Source of the DNA: a bacterium
GTDB taxonomy: Bacteria; Patescibacteriota; Minisyncoccia; Phycocordibacterales; CAIZLB01
Length of the DNA: 64,000 bases
Assembly (NCBI GenBank): GCA_031411135.1
Contig: JANOAN010000009.1
Coordinates: forward strand, 7,175-71,174
Direction: 5' to 3'
Shown here: positions 50,076 to 59,621 of the stretch, in pieces
Numbering within the stretch: the first letter of the stretch is position 1
Layout of the letters: every line of letters begins with the position of its first letter
Notes under the pieces: generated by a model
Told to the model about the DNA's origin: nothing
Seen by the model: only the letters and a program-made list of their open reading frames with translations
The model's database searches: none
Position numbers and translations under genes: made by a program

Positions 50076-52043
50076 GTGTATATCGTCACAGTCTCTCCTA
50101 TCGCTCGCGGTGCCTTTACTGACCAACTAACTTATTGGTCAGCGCACTTTTTCAACCCCGGATCAATCATCTCAGTTCCCTTCCGAAGCAAAGAAATCAG
50201 CGCCTTGGTCCAGCGATGTGAATCAGCATCAGACGCAAAAATGGGAGTAAAGAATGCAAATTTTGAAGCGAGGAAAATCGAAGAGCACGCAAAAGAGATA
50301 AAATTAATAAGAAGCGAATCCGTCGAAGCAGCACGTTTCATCAGTGAATTTTATTGTCTACCCATTGGATCTGTCTTATCAGCATTTATTCCGAGTTGTG
50401 CTTTTAGTATAAAAGAAAGTTCAGTACAAGAAGAAAAAAAGCCAGATATAATAAAAATTGATACTAACGAGAGTGGTGTAAAAAGTAACCCTCCTGCTGC
50501 AATTATTGTATCTCGTGCTCCATCATCTGAAACCCTGACTGTCCAATCTGCCACCGAAGATCGGGCAAAAACTTACAAAAGTATTATCAGAGAAGAATTT
50601 GCTCGCAGGAAATCAGTCTTGGTAATTGCCCCTCGCATCATTGATGCTGAAAATATTTTTGAACAATTAACAAAAGGTATTGAAGGATCGGGGGTCATAA
50701 TTCACAGCGGAATGTCTAAAAAGAAAATTGAAGAAGAGTGGCAAAGGGCAAAAAGTGCCAATCATTCAATCATTTATGTTTCGACCCCGGGTTTCTCTAT
50801 GATTCCCCGAGACGACATTAGTGTCATCATAATAGAGCAAGAAGCTTCAAGAATGTATTTTGCTGGATGGTCTCCGATAATTGATTGGAGAATGGCTATT
50901 GAAAAGTACGGATCTCTCATCGGCGCTCGGGTGGTTTTAGGAGACACATTACTTCGAATTGAAACTCTAGAAAGGCGAGATAATGGCTTAATAAGCGATA
51001 TTTCCCAAGCGGTTTTTCGCGTTGAAAAAGCTCCGCAAACAATTATTGTAGACATGAACGATAAGGAGCACAAAATCAAAGACGGCTTTAAATTAATTAG
51101 TGAGGAACTATGGTCAATGATCGGTTACGCTAAAAAGAAGAACGAACGCATGGTAATTTTTTGTTCAAGACGTGGCCTCTCACCACAAACCCTATGTGGT
51201 GACTGTGGAAAAACAGTCATGTGTACACGGTGCAGTTCCCCCGTCGTTTTGCACCAGCCAAAATCTGGTGACAGATTTTTCCTTTGTCACCATTGCGGAG
51301 AAAAACGCTCTGCTCTAGAGGCTTGCAAGAATTGTGGAGGGTGGAAGTTAACTACCCTCGGAATTGGTATAGATACGATTGGCACACTAGTTGAAAAAAA
51401 ATATCCTGATTCAAAAATCTTCAAAATCGATAAAGATGCAATTAAAAAAGAATCCGATGGCAAGAAGATAATAAAGGATTTTCTAAAAAACGATCATGCC
51501 ATACTTTTGATTACTGAAACCGGATTGCCATTCATACCCACTGTTCCATATATCGCAATCGCCTCATTTGATTCCCTATTCTCAATTCCTGATTTTAGAA
51601 TTAGCGAGAGGATTGTTCACAACCTAATAGATCTAGCAGAAAAAACTGAGAAGTACTTCTTGATTCAATCTCGAAATGCAGAGTCACCACTTTTAAAAAC
51701 TGTTGCGGGTGGCGGACTGATGGAATTTTTCCGAATGGAATTAGAAGCTCGCGAAAAAATGGAATATCCACCATTTATGACTTTTATAAAATTGACTATT
51801 TCTGCACCAAAAGCCACAGCGATGGAAATTCTGGAAGACTTACAGGAAAAACTCCAAGAATGGTCACCGATTATCTTCCCTGCCTTCACTGCCACTGTAA
51901 AAAATGAAGTGGTTATGAATATTTTATTGAAAATCGAGAACGATTACTGGAAAGATGTTGAAAAGAGCAAGTCACTCCGTCAAATTATCCTATCCCTATC
52001 GAGAGAGATCACCGTTCAGATAAATCCAGAAAGTATGTTATAA
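50076..52043 (+). CDS. priA: Primosomal protein N' (helicase motifs degenerate)
   Basis: N-term VPFR, RRG + four CxxC, GIG, PDFRISE, YPPF; precedes def-fmt. Confidence 0.9.
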   Translation: MYIVTVSPIARGAFTDQLTYWSAHFFNPGSIISVPFRSKEISALVQRCESASDAKMGVKNANFEARKIEEHAKEIKLIRSESVEAARFISEFYCLPIGSVLSAFIPSCAFSIKESSVQEEKKPDIIKIDTNESGVKSNPPAAIIVSRAPSSETLTVQSATEDRAKTYKSIIREEFARRKSVLVIAPRIIDAENIFEQLTKGIEGSGVIIHSGMSKKKIEEEWQRAKSANHSIIYVSTPGFSMIPRDDISVIIIEQEASRMYFAGWSPIIDWRMAIEKYGSLIGARVVLGDTLLRIETLERRDNGLISDISQAVFRVEKAPQTIIVDMNDKEHKIKDGFKLISEELWSMIGYAKKKNERMVIFCSRRGLSPQTLCGDCGKTVMCTRCSSPVVLHQPKSGDRFFLCHHCGEKRSALEACKNCGGWKLTTLGIGIDTIGTLVEKKYPDSKIFKIDKDAIKKESDGKKIIKDFLKNDHAILLITETGLPFIPTVPYIAIASFDSLFSIPDFRISERIVHNLIDLAEKTEKYFLIQSRNAESPLLKTVAGGGLMEFFRMELEAREKMEYPPFMTFIKLTISAPKATAMEILEDLQEKLQEWSPIIFPAFTATVKNEVVMNILLKIENDYWKDVEKSKSLRQIILSLSREITVQINPESML

Positions 52044-52052
52044 ATGTCGTAT

Positions 52053-52622
52053 ATGGCAACTAAAAAAATACCCCCATCCCCAATTGAAATTGTTCAACAG
52101 GATAACCCCGTATTGCGTAAAAAAGCCCAAGCAGTGCCTTTAGATGAAATACCAACACCTAAAATCCAGAAAATCATAGCAGATATGATCAAGGCATTAG
52201 ACTCGCAAGATGACGGAGTGGGTATTGCTGCGCCTCAAATTGGCCATTCATTGGCTATTTTTGCAATCTCTGGCAAGGCACTCGAAAGAATTAATCAAGC
52301 CAAAGATGGTGACGAAGCTCCCAAAAAAACTTACAAAAATCTAGTATTTATAAATCCAAGAATTATTAAACTTTCAAAAGAAAAAAAGTGGATGGACGAA
52401 GGTTGTCTATCTGTTAGATGGCTTTATGGAAAAGTAGAGCGATCAATTCGCGCTACAGTATCTGCATATGATGAGAATGGAAAAAGTTTTGAGAGAGGTG
52501 GAGGTGGAGTTTTAGCTCATATTTATCAGCACGAAGTCGACCATTTAAACGGAACACTATTTATCGACAAAGCAGTGGATTTAGAAGAAATGGAACCTGA
52601 GGAAAACGAAAATGCAAAATAA
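52053..52622 (+). CDS. def: Peptide deformylase
   Basis: GVGIAAPQIG, EGCLSV, QHEVDHLNG. Confidence 0.97.
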   Translation: MATKKIPPSPIEIVQQDNPVLRKKAQAVPLDEIPTPKIQKIIADMIKALDSQDDGVGIAAPQIGHSLAIFAISGKALERINQAKDGDEAPKKTYKNLVFINPRIIKLSKEKKWMDEGCLSVRWLYGKVERSIRATVSAYDENGKSFERGGGGVLAHIYQHEVDHLNGTLFIDKAVDLEEMEPEENENAK

Positions 52623-53466
52623 GATTATTTTTTTCGGAACTTCAATATTTTCAGTAGAGGTTTTAGAGCAATTAAAAGTACAAGGATTAGTTCCTGATGT
52701 AATTGTTACAACAACGGACAAACCCCAAGGAAGAAAACTCGTCATGACTCCTCCACCGGCTAAAATTTGGGCAACGGAAAATAATGTTCAGGTATTTCAA
52801 TTTGAAAAGTTAAAAGATGAGGCAGTTGAAACATTAAAGTCTTTAAACGCAGACTTATTTATTGTAGCTTCATATGGAAAAATTATTCCTCAGGCGGTTT
52901 TGGATATACCACCGAAGGGAGCCTTGAATATTCACCCTTCTCTCCTGCCGGAATATCGTGGGCCTTCCCCGCTTCAAACTTGCATTTTAGATGACTGTAA
53001 AAATATTGGAGTGACGATTATAAAAATGGACGCGGAAATGGATCATGGGCCAATTGTTTACATGAAGCCATTTGAAATTCCAAATTGGCCAGTGAATGTT
53101 CTGGAACTTAAGAAAATTTTAGCAATTAAAGCAGCAGATATGCTTATTAGAATTTTACCTGCGTGGCTTGTTGGGACCGCTTTAATTATCGAGCAAGCTC
53201 ATGACCAGGCAACCTTCACAAAAAAGATTGTAAAAGCAGATGGTGAAATTGATTTGAGCGGAGATCAGTGGAAAAACTACTTAAAAACACAGGCATTTTT
53301 TGGCTGGCCAGGAACTTTCTTTTTTACTGAAAGGCATGGAAGGAAAATCAGAGTGAAGATAAATAGCGCTTCTTTTGATAAAGAAAATAATAAATTAGTT
53401 ATCGAGAGAGTCACCCCAGAAGGAGGAAAGGAAATGAGGTACGATGATTTCTTAAGGGGAATTTAG
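52612..53466 (+). CDS. fmt: Methionyl-tRNA formyltransferase
   Basis: FFGTSIFS, VASYGKII, NIHPSLLPEYRGPSP, MDHGPI. Confidence 0.96.
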   Translation: MQNKIIFFGTSIFSVEVLEQLKVQGLVPDVIVTTTDKPQGRKLVMTPPPAKIWATENNVQVFQFEKLKDEAVETLKSLNADLFIVASYGKIIPQAVLDIPPKGALNIHPSLLPEYRGPSPLQTCILDDCKNIGVTIIKMDAEMDHGPIVYMKPFEIPNWPVNVLELKKILAIKAADMLIRILPAWLVGTALIIEQAHDQATFTKKIVKADGEIDLSGDQWKNYLKTQAFFGWPGTFFFTERHGRKIRVKINSASFDKENNKLVIERVTPEGGKEMRYDDFLRGI

Positions 53467-53541
53467 GAATACCCACTTTCCCGTCACCCGTTGACAATTA
53501 ATTAGCAATGGGTGGTCTGGCTCTACCCATTTACAATTCTA

Positions 53542-53901
53542 TTACCCCTTAATCATCCTCTTCACCTTCTGCGCTCCCTTCTTTTTCAAAACTTGATTCT
53601 TGTCTTTGGCAGACGCAAGCATGTCATGGATTTCATCCTTTACAATATCGATCGCAGAATAAATATCAGTTGATTCTGCCACAGCATAAGGATTTTTTCC
53701 CTTAGTCATTTTTTCCTTGTTGATTCTGATTTCTGCTTTGAAGACATCTCCTTTCTTGTGGTGTTTAGTTGTACGAGCCAATTCGACGACAACTATTGCT
53801 TCGTCGTGTAGAAATTTCTTTATGGTTGAAAGCTTCTTTGTTAAATACTGATTGATTTTGTCGTTAATCTCAACATTCGTAGCTTTGATGGTGATGTTCA
53901 T
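53542..53901 (-). CDS. raiA: Ribosome hibernation factor HPF/RaiA
   Basis: MNITIKATN, FKAEI, DIYSAID. Confidence 0.88.
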   Translation of the reverse strand: MNITIKATNVEINDKINQYLTKKLSTIKKFLHDEAIVVVELARTTKHHKKGDVFKAEIRINKEKMTKGKNPYAVAESTDIYSAIDIVKDEIHDMLASAKDKNQVLKKKGAQKVKRMIKG

Positions 53902-53955
53902 ATATTTAATATTAAGCTGGTATGGAGTCATTATACGACATTATCTTCTTACGAG

Positions 53956-54210
53956 CTATTGCGAGTTAGAAGATAAGAAGTGCCCTTGTGGTACACCTAT
54001 TTCAAGAATCTTACCTCCCATGTGGTGTCCGGTGATTATTTTGATTTTTGAAGTTGAAATACTGAAGTGATTTGCGATTATTTCAATAACCCTCTTGTTA
54101 GCGCGATTCTCTTTGGCAGGCTCTTTTACTGATATTTTGAAGGAAGTGTCTCGGACTTTCTCGAGGTTCTCATGATTTGAGTCTGCGGTGACTTTGACGT
54201 GAATTAGCAT
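53956..54210 (-). CDS. DUF167 (YggU/UPF0235) protein
   Basis: VKEPAKENRAN, IITGH..GKI. Confidence 0.85.
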   Translation of the reverse strand: MLIHVKVTADSNHENLEKVRDTSFKISVKEPAKENRANKRVIEIIANHFSISTSKIKIITGHHMGGKILEIGVPQGHFLSSNSQ

Positions 54211-54279
54211 AGAATTAACTTGATTATTGCATAATCTTTAGCTATGATGAAGCCCAGCAACAACGGTGTTGCGATACAT

Positions 54280-54351
54280 TCCCCTGTAGCTCAGCGGTAG
54301 AGCAATCGACTGTTAATCGATTGGTCGTAGGTTCGATCCCTACCGGGGGAG
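54280..54351 (+). tRNA. tRNA-Asn (GTT)
   Basis: TCCCCTG acceptor, ATCGA-CTGTTAA-TCGAT anticodon arm, GTAGG-TTCGATC-CCTAC T-arm. Confidence 0.96.
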
Positions 54352-55899
54352 CATAGAAGTGATTTTAGCCTCAGAATAAGCTTTTGCGTTGTCAGCAAAG
54401 GCTTTTTTGAGTTCGAAATTGTTTTCGAAGCTAAGCACTCGGTCACGGTACTTTCGAACTGGCGTTTTTAGCTCGTACTTCACTGAACCGTCTTTAATGA
54501 TGATTTCACTGAATAGATTTTGCAGAAGCAGTCTTTTGTCACCTGATGATTTTCGTTTGTTGTAGATGCTCTTAGCCCTCTGAGCAAGGTCAAGAATGTC
54601 GATATATGTCTCAAAGTATTCAGCTTCCTGATTTTTGAGTTTCTCTAGCTCAGCTTGGATTTTCTTTTGGTCAGCGATAGCTGTATCGTTCTTGGTTCGC
54701 CACATCTCAGTAGAAATATCACCTGAGAGCTTATCATCGTACATACGGTCTATTTTGACCTGTAGAGAGGTGTATTGAGCGTTCAGTGTCGATATGACAC
54801 TTAGCTTGTACTCAGCTTCTTTCTTGTGATTTTCTTTTATACGCCTCTGTATCTCTTTTGCTTCTTCAGCCGTAATGCTTTCGAATACGCTCATCACATC
54901 AATTAACCTTTTTTCAACACGGTCTTCTCGAACACCACCTTTTTGAGTACAGACTTTGTTGTGTTTACACGCACAATACACTCTGCCTTTTTGCACTTCA
55001 GACGAAATTGTACCCTTACACTCACCACATTTAATCATCTTAGAAAAGATATATTCGTGCCTTTGATAGAAAGGTGCTTTTCCACGAGTTCGCACTTCCT
55101 GAATGATGTCGTAAGTCTCCTTGATAATCAGGGGTTTATGAGTACCCTCACGCAATTCACCTTTCCAAAGGAAGCAACCATAATTGAAAGGGTCTTTAAG
55201 AAACTTCTCAATCTGACTTTTGTATAACCTCTTATCGAACCGAGAGCGAAGACCCACCTCCCACGCTTTTTCTTTAATCGCTTTCATCGAGTAATTACCA
55301 CTCGCATACATCTCAAGCATTTTTCTCGCTTGGTTAAATGTCTTGTCATTTGGTACGAACTCTTTTTTACCTTTCTCACCAACTGATAGATAACCAAGCT
55401 TAAATGAGCCTGGGTATTTACCCTGTGAAGCTTTTTCAGTCTGACCCTTTCGTACTTCTTCAGAAAGGTTATTTGTGTAGAAGCGAGAAATGGCAACTTT
55501 CATATCCCACACAAGGTTTTCGTGTGCTCGTGTATTTCTGCTTACAATAAAGTTTTCTTTGACAAAATGCACCTCGTTTTCACCACTCATTATCCATTCG
55601 CTTATTACCGAGGCGTCTTTGAGATTTCGTGTAAGACGGTCAATTTTCTCAGAGAGAATAAGTTTGATTTTATTCTTTTTTACATAATCAAGCATCTCAT
55701 AAAATACCTTACGGATTTGCTTGCCACTTGCTGACTCAGATATTCTGAATATCTTTACAACATCAATCTGATTTTTATCTGCGTACTGCTCAAGTAAGTG
55801 TTGCTGAGCATCTAGAGAATAGCCAGTATCTTCTTGTTCTTTCGAAGATACACGGCAATATAGAACACATTTTTGACTAAAGTTAGTTGAACTTTTCAT
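54340..55899 (-). CDS. Large serine recombinase (integrase)
   Basis: YCRVSS, ESAS, DRLTRN, recombinase domain, Zn-ribbon CGEC..C..C, coiled coil; stop lies inside the tRNA. Confidence 0.95.
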   Translation of the reverse strand: MKSSTNFSQKCVLYCRVSSKEQEDTGYSLDAQQHLLEQYADKNQIDVVKIFRISESASGKQIRKVFYEMLDYVKKNKIKLILSEKIDRLTRNLKDASVISEWIMSGENEVHFVKENFIVSRNTRAHENLVWDMKVAISRFYTNNLSEEVRKGQTEKASQGKYPGSFKLGYLSVGEKGKKEFVPNDKTFNQARKMLEMYASGNYSMKAIKEKAWEVGLRSRFDKRLYKSQIEKFLKDPFNYGCFLWKGELREGTHKPLIIKETYDIIQEVRTRGKAPFYQRHEYIFSKMIKCGECKGTISSEVQKGRVYCACKHNKVCTQKGGVREDRVEKRLIDVMSVFESITAEEAKEIQRRIKENHKKEAEYKLSVISTLNAQYTSLQVKIDRMYDDKLSGDISTEMWRTKNDTAIADQKKIQAELEKLKNQEAEYFETYIDILDLAQRAKSIYNKRKSSGDKRLLLQNLFSEIIIKDGSVKYELKTPVRKYRDRVLSFENNFELKKAFADNAKAYSEAKITSMLPR

Positions 55900-56215
55900 A
55901 GCTTTATTTTATCACTTAATTGCTTATAAATTAACTGCCGAGCTACAACCGAGGTTTACCTTTTTGAATAGGTAACCTTGATATAGCTTCTATGTAGTCA
56001 GAAATGAGATACACGACTACGAGACCCTTTCTGAGAAGACTAGTCATTGGTACTGACTGGAAGTTCATCTTACTCATCTTTTTATCTCTAATCCATATCT
56101 GGAGACCCTACGACACAAATCAGACAGCTCGGTGGCAACCTCGGATAGCCATTTTCCAAGCTTTCGCATTTGTGCCTTAGAAGTCCCTTAATTATTTTCA
56201 CGAAAACTGTCGTCC

Positions 56216-56476
56216 TTAATTTTCGTGTTTCGTAAGAGCATCTTTTTCTTCTCTGCTCTTAAAAGAAGTTTCTTCTGACATTGTAGGCTGTGGCTCACAA
56301 GAGCCTGAAATAGGTTCTCCACTGGTCATTGGAGAACCTATTTCAACCACCTGTGATGTCGCTCGATGCTTTTTAGCATCTTCAAAATCAAAACGAGCTA
56401 ACAAGTCAAAAAACGTGACGATTTCGTCACTTACTTGTACGGCTTCTTTTGTTTTCTGATAACCAGTTAACGACAT
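56216..56476 (-). CDS. Small element-encoded hypothetical protein
   Basis: 86 aa, IVTFFDLLARFD helix; upstream of recombinase. Confidence 0.55.
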   Translation of the reverse strand: MSLTGYQKTKEAVQVSDEIVTFFDLLARFDFEDAKKHRATSQVVEIGSPMTSGEPISGSCEPQPTMSEETSFKSREEKDALTKHEN

Positions 56477-56548
56477 AAAGTGTCGTCCGTGGGTGAACCC
56501 TTGGACTACTTTATTGTTGCGTTATTTGGTCTTTAAGTATTCACTGAA

Positions 56549-57367
56549 CTAGCTCAGGTATACCGAAAAAGGTAGTTTCTTTTTCCACTTTGTATAATCT
56601 GCTTTTTTCAGAATGTAACCCTCTAAGGTTTTAAGAGATTTCATATTTTTATTGTGGCTGTGGATAAGCAAAAACCGCACGAGCCATAATTTTGTTAGCT
56701 TCTTATCTTCACCAGTTCTCTTATAAAACTTCTGATATTCTTGCGGATTGATTGTCTGACAAATATTTTTTAGCTGTTCAATACTATACTCAAAGTAGAT
56801 TTCATTTGTGAGCCATTTGTCATCTTTTAAGCCCTCGCTCTGCAACCCCAATTGAGGTATGAAATGCGGTAGATTTCTTTTTTCAGCAATAATCTTTTTT
56901 ATTGAGTACTGAGGTAGAGACAAAAAATCTTTAACCGCCTCGGTCTCAATGCCAGGTGATATTTTGAGATAAATGCAATTATCATTTTCTCCTTGATTAT
57001 GGTCTATCCACTCGATACCACTAAGATTTGAAAGTTTAATCATTTCATCAGTGACACAATCACAAAAGAAAAGTTCAGCCATAAAGTATTTTAACTGAGG
57101 TGTGTTAAGACGATATGCCACCTGAAAATTATCAAGCGTCACTTGTTTCCAAAAACGATAAAAAGCCTTTTTAATACCACCATTCAAGAGTATCTTGAAA
57201 TGCTTTATCCTCTCTGGGAGAGAGCACTCAAGCAAGTAGAAAGTGTCGCCTATATGAAGCTCTTTCCTTATTTTTTGAGCCAGTTTCTTGGTCTTATCAT
57301 TATGGATTTTCTGATAAACGACAAGATTTTTTCTATATAGCTTTTGCTGTAATGGTGACCAGTCCAT
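56549..57367 (-). CDS. Hypothetical basic protein
   Basis: 272-aa ORF; TAAAAT 6 nt before ATG. Confidence 0.7.
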   Translation of the reverse strand: MDWSPLQQKLYRKNLVVYQKIHNDKTKKLAQKIRKELHIGDTFYLLECSLPERIKHFKILLNGGIKKAFYRFWKQVTLDNFQVAYRLNTPQLKYFMAELFFCDCVTDEMIKLSNLSGIEWIDHNQGENDNCIYLKISPGIETEAVKDFLSLPQYSIKKIIAEKRNLPHFIPQLGLQSEGLKDDKWLTNEIYFEYSIEQLKNICQTINPQEYQKFYKRTGEDKKLTKLWLVRFLLIHSHNKNMKSLKTLEGYILKKADYTKWKKKLPFSVYLS

Positions 57368-57402
57368 AGCACCATTTTAGCAGTTTTAGAGCTTCTAAGC
57401 AC

Positions 57403-57567
57403 TCAATTATCACTCTGGAAAAAGCCAAGAAAAAGAGAGGCTATTTGTGCAACAAAAGCCAATACCAAAATACTAACTACCAATGCTACTAAGCACGATG
57501 ATACAAAACCAATTATCTCAACAAGATTGAAAAATGCAGATACTATTTTATGTGCTATTGCTTCCAT
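57403..57567 (-). CDS. 54-aa hydrophobic peptide (below ORF-track cutoff)
   Basis: MEAIAHKIVSAFFNLVEIIGFVSSCLVALVVSILVLAFVAQIASLFLGFFQSDN; starts 6 nt after upstream stop. Confidence 0.5.
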   Translation of the reverse strand: MEAIAHKIVSAFFNLVEIIGFVSSCLVALVVSILVLAFVAQIASLFLGFFQSDN

Positions 57568-57573
57568 ATATCT

Positions 57574-58482
57574 TTACCAAAACTTTAGCTTCCTGAAAAA
57601 CCCAAATACTTTTTGTACGAAGCTTTGCTCGGGTTGTTTTATTTCCTGTTGAAGCGATGAAGTTGTTGTGCTTGTGGCTAGTGTTTTCTCAATCTTTTCA
57701 GTCTCAAATAACTTTGTTTTCTCCTCAGTTTTCTTGGGTATAGTTTTCTGCAATGGAGCTATCTTTGTTGTGATAGTTGGTGTAATTTCTGGAGTTTTTA
57801 CTTCCTCATTTTGTGTAAAAAACTCAGGGTGATACAAGCGATACAGCTCAACGATTTTCAAATAGTTGGCTGGATTGGAGACTTTGAGCAAGTTTATTTT
57901 TGCTGACCATTCATCAGCAGGTAGGGTCTCTAGCCACTCGTACAAATCGCCAATAGTAGCTTGTTTTTGTGGTGCAGTATCTGTTTGATATTTCTGTATG
58001 ACAGTATCTCTTTGCTTGTCATAATACTCATCAATTTCTTTCATCTGCTTCTGTATTTCTTCTATCTGTCTATCTACATCAGCTTGATTATTGACTTGCT
58101 GTTGGTATTGAGATTTTTGAGCCTCAAGAGCACTGATTTGGCTTGAGTATTTGTTATCAATTTTAGTGAACACCTCAGAAGCACCACCCCAAGTTGAGAG
58201 CGTGCCATTCTGAGCTAGCGTACCTGTCGTGTATGTCTTTTCAGTTTCCCATTCCTGACGAAGCTCGGCTATCCTTTGGTCAATGACACTTATGGAAATT
58301 GTAGGACTATTTTGAAGCTGTGACTCTAAGCTCTTAAGGCGATACTCAAGAGCTGATTTTTCCTCTTGCTGTTTGATGTACACATCATTAGGCAAGTAGT
58401 TGTAACTTGTTGCGTATGCAGTAGAAAACACGCTGAAAAAGGCGAATAGAGCCACTGCAAAGGCATATTTATATGTAGGCAT
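57574..58482 (-). CDS. Secreted coiled-coil protein with amphipathic C-terminus
   Basis: Signal peptide, Gln-rich coils, Thr-rich linker, FVQKVFGFFRKLKFW. Confidence 0.8.
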   Translation of the reverse strand: MPTYKYAFAVALFAFFSVFSTAYATSYNYLPNDVYIKQQEEKSALEYRLKSLESQLQNSPTISISVIDQRIAELRQEWETEKTYTTGTLAQNGTLSTWGGASEVFTKIDNKYSSQISALEAQKSQYQQQVNNQADVDRQIEEIQKQMKEIDEYYDKQRDTVIQKYQTDTAPQKQATIGDLYEWLETLPADEWSAKINLLKVSNPANYLKIVELYRLYHPEFFTQNEEVKTPEITPTITTKIAPLQKTIPKKTEEKTKLFETEKIEKTLATSTTTSSLQQEIKQPEQSFVQKVFGFFRKLKFW

Positions 58483-58706
58483 AGTTGAACACTTCTATAC
58501 CCCAAAACTGGTTTAGCCAAACTGCACTATTAAAAATGGAGAGATTGCAGAAAGGGACAGCCGAGGTGTTCAACTACAACGGGAACCCCAAAGGAGTCCA
58601 ATCATAGAACTCGGACTGCCCCTTTCTGCCTACGATTGGACAGAAAAGGCAAAAAGCCCTCACTCTATGGGTAAAAATCCCTATGTAGTTGAACAAGTAA
58701 AATATA
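58480..58706 (-). promoter_or_regulatory. Structured leader with P4-CI/C4-like complementary boxes
   Basis: TGTTCAACTACA ... TGTAGTTGAACAC inside a 19-bp stem ... GTGTTCAACTATG over the start codon. Confidence 0.65.
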
Positions 58707-58741
58707 GCACAAAAATAAGCTGAAATTAAGCCCTATTTGCT

Positions 58742-59122
58742 TTAGCTTTTGGAAAGTTCATTTACTCTCTCGATTGACTCTCTCAGCTCATCAGACATTT
58801 CAGGCGAGCGTGACCGATTACGCACTGAGGGACAGCCAAACTCGTGTGGTAGTTTCTTTGATAAATATCGCAAAGCAAAGTGTGCATCTTTCTCTAAGTA
58901 CTCACAAATAGTCTTCCGTGCCTCAAAAATTGGCTTGCTTTTCCACCCTTGTTTTAGCTGTAAAAACTCAGGGTTCTTTTTTTGATAGTTGTAGAGGGTC
59001 TTTTCTGAAATATCTGCGAAAAGACAAGCTTCTGAGTCAGTACAGTCCATATGAAAAGCGGTTTTAAGTTCAGTTAAAACCTTGTCAGTTATTACAGTTG
59101 GTCTTCCTCCTCTTTTTGACAT
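58742..59122 (-). CDS. HTH protein resembling phage terminase small subunit
   Basis: GRPTVIT...ACLFADISEKTLYNY..KNPEF; helical C-term YLSKK.PHEF. Confidence 0.6.
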   Translation of the reverse strand: MSKRGGRPTVITDKVLTELKTAFHMDCTDSEACLFADISEKTLYNYQKKNPEFLQLKQGWKSKPIFEARKTICEYLEKDAHFALRYLSKKLPHEFGCPSVRNRSRSPEMSDELRESIERVNELSKS

Positions 59123-59210
59123 ATTGGGAGCTTTTATGTGTTGCCTACACAGGGAGGTGCTTGATAAGGTAATTATATCAAAAAATGGCTGGAAATGTTA
59201 GAATGTTTTT

Positions 59211-59618
59211 ATGAAAGACGACGCTACATTCTTTGTTGGACAAAAAGCTTTTATAAGAAAGGGTGATGAGGTTTTAGTACTTAATGACCCCAAGGAGGGC
59301 TTAGATTTTGCTGGTGGAAAGATACAGGAGGGTGAAGATGATTTGGTTACGTCACTCCAAAGAGAGGTGCGTGAAGAAACTGGACTTGAGATAAAAGTTG
59401 GTAACCCTTTTACTACTTGGGTCAATGAGTTTCCTGTACATCATAGATTTGCTGGTAAAAAAGTATTTCTAGTGGGTTATAAGTGTGAATATGTTTCAGG
59501 TGATATTACTTTGAGCGATGAACACAATAATTTTCACTGGGTCAATAAAGACAATTTTAATGAAGTCAGTGACGGCTCTGTTTTCTTTGACGCCCTTAAA
59601 AAATACTTTACTGAATAA
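59211..59618 (+). CDS. NUDIX hydrolase
   Basis: GGKIQEGED...LQREVREETGL Nudix box. Confidence 0.93.
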   Translation: MKDDATFFVGQKAFIRKGDEVLVLNDPKEGLDFAGGKIQEGEDDLVTSLQREVREETGLEIKVGNPFTTWVNEFPVHHRFAGKKVFLVGYKCEYVSGDITLSDEHNNFHWVNKDNFNEVSDGSVFFDALKKYFTE

Positions 59619-59621
59619 TCT

